Assembly: GCA_003514005.1 (NCBI GenBank)
Contig: DOSJ01000004.1
Location: 37,533-101,532, forward strand
Source: Candidatus Falkowbacteria bacterium
GTDB taxonomy: Bacteria > Patescibacteriota > Patescibacteriia > Patescibacteriales > UBA12075
Reading direction: 5' to 3'
Length of the DNA stretch: 64,000 nucleotides
Shown here: positions 9,124 through 19,900 of the stretch, piece after piece
Layout of the letters: every line of letters starts with the position of its first letter
How positions within the stretch are numbered: position 1 is the first letter of the stretch
Notes under the pieces: generated by a model
The model's database searches: none
The model's input: only the letters and a program-made list of their open reading frames with translations
What the model was told of the DNA's origin: nothing
Translations under genes and position numbers: made by a program

Positions 9124-9954
9124 TCACAAATATTTTTCTATTATCACCCTATAATTTTTACAAAAATCATCAATAAAATTTTGGTCGTTAAAGAAATTTT
9201 TCAGATCATAGGCTAATTTTTGCGGTGTTACATTTTTTTCGATAAGAAGTTTGATTTTATTTTTTAGTTCAGCCATATTTTTTATGCCATCAGTTTTTGC
9301 AAGTTCGCTCCAATTTGGCTCTATATCATTTTGTAAATACCAAAACAGATCATAAAAATCCCTGCCTTTGATATTTATTTCATTTTTATCGCCTTTGAAC
9401 CAGCTTCGGTTTAATAATGCTCGAATTTTTCCGGTCATTAAATATTCAAGAGAGTAGTTTTTTACAACTGTGTTGTAGCCGAATTTTGAAATTGGATTAA
9501 TTTCGATTTTTGGCTTTGTATATTCGGACTTGGAAAATTCTAGCTTAACATATAAAAAATCGCTTTCAGAAATATTTTTTGATAATCCTAAATTATTCAA
9601 GACTGGAAATTTTAAGTATAATCTTTTGTCGGATTGAATTTTTACATCAATTTCCAAAAGCCCGTTTATTTTAAAATAGTTTACCAATTCGTCGGATAAT
9701 AATTTAAGATCCAATTTTTGAAAACTGTTTGCCGGTAAATCAAAATCTAAATCTTCAGAAAGTCTTGGTAGGCCGTAGCAGATTCGCAAGCAAGAACCGC
9801 CGGTAAAGATGAAATCATTATATTTCTTATTGCTATAAAGAAAATTTAAAACCGGATATTGCAGAAATTCCTTTAAAAAATTTATGATTACAAAATTGGG
9901 AATTCCTAATTTTTGTTTTTCATTTACAATTTCTTTTAAAATATTGACTAGCAT
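9124..9954 (-). CDS. AbiEii/AbiGii-family nucleotidyltransferase toxin (type IV TA)
   Basis: 'FTGGSCLRICYGLPRLSEDLDFD' matches the GGTAL..R.S.DIDF signature of DUF1814/AbiEii. It lies immediately downstream of an AbiEi-like gene. Confidence 0.8.
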   Translation of the reverse strand: MLVNILKEIVNEKQKLGIPNFVIINFLKEFLQYPVLNFLYSNKKYNDFIFTGGSCLRICYGLPRLSEDLDFDLPANSFQKLDLKLLSDELVNYFKINGLLEIDVKIQSDKRLYLKFPVLNNLGLSKNISESDFLYVKLEFSKSEYTKPKIEINPISKFGYNTVVKNYSLEYLMTGKIRALLNRSWFKGDKNEINIKGRDFYDLFWYLQNDIEPNWSELAKTDGIKNMAELKNKIKLLIEKNVTPQKLAYDLKNFFNDQNFIDDFCKNYRVIIEKYL

Positions 9955-9960
9955 AGATTT

Positions 9961-10596
9961 TTAATAATACATTTTTTTAATTAAAGCAATTGCCATTTTA
10001 ATTTTGTTACTTCTGGCAAACACAGCGTATCCCGCCAATTCGTCAAATTCTTTGGCAGATATATTTTCCCAGTTTATCCTTAATTCTTTGATCTCATTTT
10101 CGTTGATTGGTGTGTTTTTGATAAATCGCAAATAAAGATAATCAAAAACCGCTTTGGACTTGGTTGCAACCATAATCGGCGCTGTGTCGATAAATTTGGC
10201 TTCGTATCCACAAAACAATTTAGGATTTATAGTATAATATCTGAACACACCTAATTTGTTTTTGTATTCCCTGGTGCTTTTGTTGGTGACGGATGTAATG
10301 GATCTAACTGGTTCTGATAAAAGCTGATATTTTGACATTATATATTCCAAAGAAAGATAGGACGGAGTAACCAACTGGCCGGCGGCATATTCTAGAAAAG
10401 CATCTTTGTTTACTTCATTTTTATATTGTTCGCTGAAGGTGTATAAACCGTTTTTAAGCGCAATTAAATCGTCACTATTTAGCCAGTATTTTATATTGGC
10501 ATCAAGAGTATTTGCGTTTTTTTCAAAATTTTTTAAAATATCTTTTGAAAAAATCCTTAATTTTGCTGTTTTATTTTTGATTTCGATTAATTTCAT
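9961..10596 (-). CDS. AbiEi-like antitoxin / transcriptional regulator
   Basis: 211-aa ORF ending 6 nt upstream of the AbiEii toxin start. Size and position are typical of AbiEi. A decayed homologue at 59391-59962 shares 'YLS(L/F)E(Y/W)'. Confidence 0.65.
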   Translation of the reverse strand: MKLIEIKNKTAKLRIFSKDILKNFEKNANTLDANIKYWLNSDDLIALKNGLYTFSEQYKNEVNKDAFLEYAAGQLVTPSYLSLEYIMSKYQLLSEPVRSITSVTNKSTREYKNKLGVFRYYTINPKLFCGYEAKFIDTAPIMVATKSKAVFDYLYLRFIKNTPINENEIKELRINWENISAKEFDELAGYAVFARSNKIKMAIALIKKMYY

Positions 10597-10658
10597 ATTG
10601 TTTTGGAATTAGTATATATATTATACCATATCCAAAACAATTGTCAATAACATCACAT

Positions 10659-10687
10659 GTAGAGACGCCCAATTTGGGCGTCTCTAC
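10659..10687. repeat. Perfect palindrome GTAGAGACGCCCAA-T-TTGGGCGTCTCTAC
   Basis: 14-bp arms. Same GTAGAGACG...CGTCTCTAC family as 9059-9088, on the other side of the TA cassette. Confidence 0.9.
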
Positions 10688-10703
10688 GGCAAATGTTTAT
10701 TAG

Positions 10704-10712
10704 TTATCCACA
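10704..10712 (+). promoter_or_regulatory. Perfect TTATCCACA 9-mer (DnaA-box consensus), function unknown
   Basis: Exact match ~140 bp upstream of the -10 at 10844. Confidence 0.4.
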
Positions 10713-10843
10713 AAAATAATTATTTTAATATTAGTAAAATCGTATTTTTTTAAATGCGATTTTTTGTTTTATTTTTTGGCTAATAATAAACTTTTATTTA
10801 TTAATAATTCGGAAAGAAATATTCGCTTTTTAAGCATAAAATA

Positions 10844-10852
10844 TGGTATAAT
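10844..10852 (+). promoter_or_regulatory. Extended -10 promoter of giant ORF 2
   Basis: TGgTATAAT, with flanks conserved with the promoter at 1859. Confidence 0.6.
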
Positions 10853-10870
10853 ATAGTTAGAAAAATGTTA

Positions 10871-10902
10871 TATCTCGAGTATCGAGATGAGCTAATATTA
10901 AA
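10871..10902 (+). promoter_or_regulatory. Conserved leader: hairpin TCTCGA-GTA-TCGAGA plus TGAGCTAATATTAAA
   Basis: Second copy of the block at 1918-1949. It ends 12 nt (hairpin 28 nt) before the ATG at 10915. Confidence 0.55.
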
Positions 10903-10914
10903 GATTAATTTTCA

Positions 10915-13900
10915 ATGTTTAGAACGCTAAAAAATAACTGCAAAAAGTTACTGTTTGGGGTAATTATTTTTTTGTTTATAACATTTATTTTTTCGGCAAT
11001 TCCCAGTTCTGCGTCAGATAAAAAAATAATTTATGGGAAGCAGGACATGTCCCTAGAGTTAGTTTCTGAAATTGGCGATATGAAGAGCAATAATTCCGAG
11101 TTGGAACTAAAACTTAAAAAGAAGCGTAAACTGCCCGGAGCTGTTGGCGCTTTTTTTAAAGGTTTTTTTGTGGATGAGTTTAAGAAAGCGGAAATTAGCG
11201 CGGAAATGGTAGAAGGCGAGAGTGAAGAAAGTGATTTTTTTGTTGAAACTTTTTATCAGGAAGACGGTGAATTTTCAGTTCAATTAAAGCCAAAAGGACG
11301 GCAGGTAAAACCAGGCTTGCATAAAGTAGTTATTACTTTGAAAGACGAAAAATTAACCGGTAATGAAACAATCAGTTTTGTGCAGGATTTTAGTTGGGGT
11401 GTTCTGGCTTTTAATAGTAATAAATCAATTTATCAACCGGATGAAAATGCGTATTTGCAGATGGGGGTTTTGGATGAGCTTGGACACACAGTTTGTGGCG
11501 CTGATCTGGAGATGATTATTACCGCACCGGATAAAGGTAAGGCGGTTTTAAGTACAAAAAACGGTTTGATTATCCGCAACCCGGAATGCGGGCCGGATAA
11601 TGTTATTTTAACTCCGGATTATTACGCGAATTATGGTTTGGGAGAGATTGGTGAATATACTGTGAAATTAATCGCTACTACGGAAAAAGGTTCTTGGGAG
11701 ATAAGCGATGTTATTAGCGTGCAGGCCGAATCGCCTTTTGTTGTCGAGCGCATCGGGCCGACGCGTATCAATCCGACAGCGGAGTATGGGATGATGGTGA
11801 AGATTAGGGCGAATGAGGATTTTAGCGGAAACCTTATCGAAAAAATGCCGGAGGATTTTAAAATTTCTAATTTCCAATTTCTAATTTCTAATCAATTACA
11901 AATTACAAATTACAAATTACAAATAGATGATGCTGGAAAAAATTTGATTTTGGAGAATATTATTCTTAAAAAAGGAGATGAGGCAACATTGATTTATAAG
12001 TTTGACGCGCCGGATATTTTTCCGGAATTTTATTTGCTGGGTCCGCTTGAAGCAATCTCCGCCCAAGGCGGACCAGCCATAGGCTGGGAAAATCGCAGCT
12101 GGCAGATCGCGTCGGACGGCGAGAATCAGGTGATTGTGGCACAGAAGATTGCGATTGATGCCGGTACGGCGGACACTGTAAATTGGACAGAAGCGGTTAA
12201 GGCGACATCCACGCTATTTAGCGGAGGACAGAAATATTTTGTGTATGTGACGGCTGGTTTTTCAGGAAGTGTGGCCGGTGTAATTTCGAATTTTGAAATT
12301 TTGTATGGAAGCACGATCCAATATTCCGGCTCAATTGAAGCATCCGGGGATCAAGCGAATGACGCGATGCAGATTTCTTGGTTTGATGTAATGGATCAGG
12401 CGGCAACCCCTGAGGACATTATTTTACGTTATCGCACTGTTTCCGGAACTTCGTATATAATGAACGCGCAGATTGTGGCAATGAATATCAGTAACCTGGA
12501 AACGACTGATTGGAAATATGCCGTCAATTCAACATCGCGCGCTTTAACTACAACCGTAACCGCGGACGCAAACATTACCATGAATAACGCTGATGGCGTC
12601 AAGGATTGGCTGGTGTTTGCGATGGCGGAAATTGATATTTCAAGCGCGTTAAGACAATATGTCAGCCAAATATACAATGGCGCAAGCGCCTCTATGTCAT
12701 TTCAAAGAGAAGGTGAAAATACGAATGAATTTTTACCGCACGCCATATATCGACCATTTGATAACGTGGCGCAAAATACGGTTTTTAGTATTCGCAATTA
12801 TTCAATCACTTCCAATGTTAACACGCACTTGCGCAGCCGCGTTTTTGCTTTGAATTTGAACCGTTTTGAAAGCTTTAAAACATATTATGCAGATCTTCCC
12901 TCGACCGCGATCAACGGTACCTGGACGGTGATAGGTAATTTGAATAGCGGGGGAAATTACGCCCCGCAGACAAGTGGCGACCAACTGATCTTTTCTTCGT
13001 TTATAAATGATATTACGGCAAATACGAATGAATCGGACGATCGTTTGCAAGTGAATGGGGTAACAGTGCCGACCAGCTGGAGCTGGGGGCAGTCGCCGGC
13101 CGGATACCGGACCGGTTATGACGCCGCGGACGAGCCGGTACATAATATTGTCGCAAGAGTAAGCATTCCGACAACCGGACAGACAATCAGTTTGGACGCG
13201 ATTGAGGTGCCCAATTCCACTCAGGTCGGCGACGAGGTGAGCTTGGCCGCGTTCAGTACACGGCTCAAGAATATTAATCGGCCTTTTGGCGTCGTTAATT
13301 CCAAATCTTTCCGCGCGGATGGATCCGGGGTTGTTGATTTTGCTTTTGACGTATCGGATCGCGACCTGGATGACGCGCGCGTTAAAGTCGAATATGAACA
13401 AGGAAGCACCTGCGCCTTTAGTTCGTCTGCCAAGACAACTATCAGCACGGTTGACGCCGATACTACCGCTACTTATGGCGACCCCAAGGTGGATAATACG
13501 AATGCTTATCAAGTCGGTACCACGACCGGTTGGATTACGACTACCTTCGGTACGAGCACGGTCAATTTTGATTGGACTAGTCAGGCCAATATACCTTATG
13601 CATCCAGCACTTATTGCGTGCGCCTGACCGCAAATGACGGAACAAATGATCAGCTGGTATCGGCGACTACAACTGTTTACATCGACAATTTTGATCCGAT
13701 AATTTCTGGTGTTGCGATTCCTGATCGGATGTACAAGATTGGCGACACCATGACCGCGACTATCACGCTAGCGACGGCGGAATCGGATGCACTGACAATT
13801 GGTACTAGCTCTGAAATAAATGGCGGCCCAATATTTAATTTACAGAAAATTAACAACACGACTTTTACTGCCGATTATCTGATAGCAAGCGGACAGACAG

Positions 13901-16900
13901 ATCGCGCGAGCAATACCATCCCGTTTGAAATATCCTTGGTGGATCCTTATCTTAACCAAAGCGCGTCATCATCCGGATCATTCAGCGGCGGATCGATTGA
14001 TGCTAACGCTCCTGAGATAACAGCGGTTGAAATTGTTAATCTGATGTATGGTATAGGAGACATTATGACAGCAACGATAACGACTGCCTTGGATGCCAGC
14101 CTTTATCTTTTGGAGACATCTTCGCTTAATGCCGCAACGAGCGCGACCGCGAATCTGACAAAGATCAATAACACAACCTATACGCTGGAATATACGGTTG
14201 CCGAAGGCAATGTTGATCGCGCAACCGGAACGATACCGTATCATATTGTTTTGCGCGATTCTTATGGCAATATCAATGCGCCGTATGCCGGTGTTTTTGC
14301 GAATGGATCGCTGGACGCGCATGCTCCGATTATCCAGGCCGTTTATTTGAATAACGGTGCTTATGGTATAAACAGCAGTTTGCCGATTATCATTGATACG
14401 GCGGAAACGGGTTTGGCTTTGGGAGAGAGTACCGTGAACGGAAAGACATTATCCGGCTTTTCGGACCTAGCAGATACGACTTATCAGGCATATTATATCG
14501 TGGCCGAAGGCGATATGGACAGAACGGCCGGGAATGTGCCGATTTCGATAATCATGCGCGATAATTATGGCAATGAGAACGCGGCCTATGTTACACCGGC
14601 CGCGAATACGGCTTCAGTGGATGCGCACAAACCCGAGATACTTTCGATCGTTATCCCAAATCTTGTTTACAAAATCGGCGATACGATTCGCGCGACTGCG
14701 ACGGTAGCGGCTGACGTGGCTGCCTATACGCTTGGAACGACAACTGTTAATAATGTTGCGGCAAGTAATTTGCAAAAATATGATAACTCAACTTATACTT
14801 TTGATTATACGGTCTTGTCCGGACATACGGATCGCTCGGCTGGAACGATTCCGTTTTCGCTGATGTTAAAAGATCAGCTGGAGCAGTATAATGATCCCGC
14901 CTTTACCGCGATTACCGCCAATACGGCGTCAATCGACGCGAATGCGCCGGCGGTTTCAGCGCTTAGTTTTGCGCCGTCTTCCGGAGTTCTGAAAATCGGC
15001 GATACGGCAACCGCCACGATTACGGCCGCGAGCGCGGAAACCGGATTGAGCGCGGGCGCGACAATCAATATTAATAGCAAAGACGCAAGAGCCAGCTTTA
15101 CTGAACTTGGTGGTGGAGAGTATCGGATAGTTTATATTGTCGCAGAAGGCGACGTTGATCGTCCGGATAATGATGATTTGCCGGTCAATATTATTTTACG
15201 CGATAGCGCAGGTAATGAATCCGTTGCTTTTCAATCTTCTGATCCGACCAATCGTCCGGGAGTCGATGCCAATCGTCCGGTCATTTCCAATGTAACTTTT
15301 AATATCACATCCGGCGTACTCAAAATCGGCGATACGGCAACAGCGACGATTTATACCGATGGGACAGGGTATTTGGCTGATACGATTACCGTAAACGGCA
15401 TTGATGTTTCCGGCACGTTAGTTTCGGCCGGAGGAAATGATTATACGATTACCTATACCGTGGCCGAGGGACACGATGATATTTTAGACGCCAACGATTT
15501 GCCGATTAATATAGTTTTGAGCGATCCGGCCGGAAATGATTCGATTCCATATACGACAGAAGACGCCAGTAATCGTCCGGGCGTTGATGGACACAAACCG
15601 GTAATCTCCAATGTCAGTTTTAATATCACATCGGGTGTGCTCAAAATCGGCGATATTGCCACGACCACGATTTTTGCGGATGCGTCCGGATATTCGGCCG
15701 GCGCGATAACTATCAATGGTGTTGATGTGTCCGGCACATTGGCTTCAGCCGGCGGCAATGATTATACTGTCAGCTATATTGTTATTGAGGGAAATAACGA
15801 TATTTTGGATGCAAACAATCTGCCAATCAGCATCGTGCTTCGGGATGTGGCCGGAAATAATTCCGTTACTTACGTAACGATTGATTCCGCGAATCGTCCG
15901 GGAGTGGATGCCCATCGTCCGGTAATCAATTCAGCCGTATTTGTCCCGTCATCGGGAATTTTGAAAATCGGCGCAAGCGCCACCGCTACATTATCTGTCG
16001 CGGATGCAGAAGAAAATCTCTCGATTATCAGTGCGACAATCAACTATATTAATGTTGCATCCAGTTTTTTTGAAATCGGTTCCGGTGATTACCGCTTGGT
16101 TTATACCGTTAGCGAGGGCGATAACCCGATTAATGATATTGCCGACTTGCCGGTTTATTTTGTTGTATCCGACGCGGCTGGGAATTATTCACTAGCTTTT
16201 AATTCTTCTGACCCCTCTAATCGTCCAGGAGTTGATGCCAGTCAGCCGATTATTTCCAATGTAATTTTCAATATCACATCGGGTATGCTCAAAATCGGCG
16301 ATACAGCAACGGCAACGATATATTCCGACGAGACAGGATACTCAGCTGGCACGATTACAGTAAACAACGTTGACGTATCCGGCACGCTGGCTTCGGCTGG
16401 CGGCAATAATTATACCGTTGCTTATACTGTGGCAGAAGGGCACGATGATATTTTGGATGAGAATGATTTGCCGATTAATATCGTTTTGAGAGATTCTGCC
16501 GGAAACGATTCGAATCCTTATACGACAGAAGACGCCGGCAATCGTCCGGGTGTTGACGGGCACGCGCCGGTTATTTCCAATGTCAGCTTCAATATCACAT
16601 CCGGTTTGCTCAAGATCGGCGATATAGCGACAGCGACGATTTCCGCGGATGCATCCGGCTATTTGGCCGGAGCGATTACTATTAACGGCGTTGACGTGAG
16701 CGCAAGTTTGGCTTCGGCCGGCGGAAATAATTATACGGTCAACTATATCGTCAGCGAAGGACATAATGATATTTTAGACAGTAGTGATTTGCCGATCAGC
16801 GTCGTACTTGTTGATACGAACGGTAATAATTCCTCGACCTATACGACGGCCGATGCGGGCAATCGTCCGGGTGTAGACGGTCATGCGCCGACTGTGCCGG

Positions 16901-19900
16901 GAAACCTTGGTTTTTATAGTAGGGGAAATAACTCCATTACGCTTAATTTTGGCGCGACAACAACAGAAAGCAATTTTTCCGAATATGTAATTTATTATAA
17001 GGCGGGAACAAGCGGAGTTTCCGAGAATGACAGCCGTTGGGATTCGGGCGATGACGGACATCTAGGGCATATTCTTTTTAGCGGATATGGGTCAACGACG
17101 ATAACGGGACTGCTTTCCCAGACTGCTTATGTTTTTAATATCTGGGCATATGACCAAGCCGGTAATAAGACACAGGCGACAGAGGAACTTTCGGCTGCGA
17201 CGAATTACTTACCGCTTTTATCTGATAATCTAGAACAAAGATTGAATGATAATTTTACGGTTGTTTCCAACAACGCTTGGGCGATCGATCAATCAATGGT
17301 ATTGTCGGCCAGCTCAACAGATCCGGAAGGCGGATATTTTGATTACTATTACGAAGTCATCAGCGCGACCGGCACGCTGACAACCGCGACATCGGTTCCG
17401 GCATCCAGCTGTAATTCCGGAACCGGATTTTTGCAGTGTTCGGAAAAGATTTGGAAACAATCCACCGGTCCGGATTGGTATAACGAGGAATGGCTGTATC
17501 GCAAGCAAATAGTCATTGACTCGGATTTAATCGAAGATGATATGCAGGATTTTCCGATTTTGACCAATACGGTTGATGATGATTTGCGGAGAAATGCCCG
17601 TTCTGACGGACACGATATTTTGTTTACGGCGGCCGATGGCGTTACTAAGCTTTCGTATGAAAGAAAGGTATATGATTCAAGCGATGGCGAATTGATTGCC
17701 TGGGTAAAGACTGATGTTTCTTCTTCAACAGACACGATCGTTTATATGTATTACGGAAACGCGGATGTCGCTTCGGACCAGTCAAGCGCGTCCGGCGTTT
17801 GGGATTCGAGCTACTTGGGTGTTTGGCATATGGATGAGGAGCCGACCGGATCTGCGGATGATATCAAAGATAGTTCCGGCAATAGCCGCCATATGACTTC
17901 GTTTAATATGGGAGCTAGTAAGCGTGTCAAAACCGATACCGGCTATGCTTATGAATTTGATGGCGCAGGCGATTACCTGGAGGACGCGGATGGCGAAAAT
18001 TATATTAATGGACTTTCGGAGTTTACGGTAGAGCTATGGCTGAAATCTGATTTGATTGCGACTGATCGCGGATTTATTATCGGTTCAGCCCCGGCTGGAA
18101 ACGATAGTTTTTTTACCTTGCGCTATGATGATGCCGGAGTTAACGGCGGCGGCAATGATGTGATTAAAGGGGCTATTACGACGACCGTAACTGGCGAGAT
18201 TCAGATGGAAAGTTCGAGTTTTTCCCAGACTACCGATTGGCAGCACTTGGTTTTTCGCTGGGAAAGTGGCCGGCAATATGAGCTTTTGGTTGATGGCGAT
18301 TTGGATACTCCTACTTCTAATGATCCGGCCGGCACAGGTCTTACTTCCGGCGCGTCGACTTTGCGCATCGGGCAGGGCGGAAAAGATATTACAACCGCGC
18401 TTGGTTGGGATGGTTTGATTGACGAGGTCCGCATTTCCAATGTTTACCGTTCCGATGCTTGGGTAAAAACAGCTTATAACAATCAATCCAATTTGGCTTC
18501 GTTTGCCCTATTTGGCGCGCAGGATGCCGTCCGCATATTCAATCTTCCCGAATCGGATGACGGCTATATCTGGCAGGTGATGGCTTGCGACCAGCTGGGT
18601 GCCTGTTCAGAATGGGTAAAATATAATGAAGAGTCGCCGAATTTCAAGGTGGATAATACGCCGCCGACAGCGCCGGGCAGTTTAAGCGAAAATTCCAAAA
18701 CATCAACTAGCGTTACGTTTAACCTGTCGGGCACAAGCACGGAATCGTTTTTCAGCGATTACCGCATTTATTACAAAGAATATGGCGGCGATGTTGTTTC
18801 TACTAATGATTCGTATTTCGGGACATCATCCGACGCGAATTTGTCAAATATCCTTTTTAATGGAGCGTCTACCACTACGGTTCCATTCTTGACCGCCGAT
18901 ACGGAATACCAGTTTAATATTTGGGCTTTTGATGAATCCGGCCAAAGCGCGAGCGCTACGCCGATTGTTGTTACGACAGAGATCGGCACAAATCGTCCGA
19001 CTGGTTTGTTTGACTCGGTCGAGCAGAAGCGGGACGGTTCCGGTAGGATTGATATTGGGATAATCGTGAATGACCTTGATAACAACCCTTCCCGGGCGCG
19101 GATTGATTATGTGTCGGGCGTGGCATGCAATTTTTCTTCGCCTTTGGATCCGTATCTTGATGAAGACGGCGCGAATATTTCAGCGACAAATTTACCGGCC
19201 CCTTTGATTGATAATGCTTCAGCGTACCAGGTTGGTACCGGAAGTGAATGGATTTTGACAGCGCCTGCGGCGAATAATGTAGGCTTTGATTGGCTGTCTG
19301 CGCTTAACTTGTCTGGCGTTGAAGGAAACTATTGTCTGCGTCTGACCGTGAATGACGGAGTATATAGCCAGCTGGTTCCTGCGACATCTACCGTGTATAT
19401 TGATAATGCTAGGCCAAGTTCGCCCGGCGCATTGTCATTGGCTGAAAAAAATACTGAAACCCTGGTGTTGACATTTGGGGCAACCTCTACGGAAACCAAT
19501 TTTGCCGAGTACAAGATATTTTATAAGATCGCGGATGGTACTGCGCCGGATGAATCAGACAGCGTCTTGTCATCAAGTACGGATATTAATTTGTCTGATA
19601 AATTTTTCAATACCGCGGCAACGACAACAATCAGTGATTTGATGGCCGGCACTATATATAGTATTGTGATCTGGGCGTACGATGATTATGGTAACGCCGC
19701 CAGCTCTTCGTATGTGAATTTTACCACAAACCATATTCCCTCCGCGCCGACAAACCTTCGACAATACAAAGCGGACGGAGTAACGGAAATTGTAAACAAC
19801 GGCTGGACGATAGAAGATATCGCGACGATACAAGCCGAGGTTAATGACGGCGATGCCGGCGAAAATATCAGTCTTTATTTTGAATTACTTGCGAATAGCG

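Noticed and set aside
9059-10687. Calling the AbiE cassette a defined mobile element (IS or transposon).
   Set aside because: No transposase or integrase is present, and no terminal inverted repeats belong to the cassette itself. Only an 8-bp direct repeat and neighbouring palindromes were found, so it is reported as a finding and not as a mobile_element feature.
13681-16872. Regular ~320-bp periodicity, and the many short tandem or inverted repeats elsewhere, as a possible CRISPR array.
   Set aside because: The 320-bp repeats are in-frame protein repeats inside a continuous ORF. The intergenic repeats are heptamer arrays or inverted repeats, without the repeat-spacer-repeat organisation. 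No cas genes are present.
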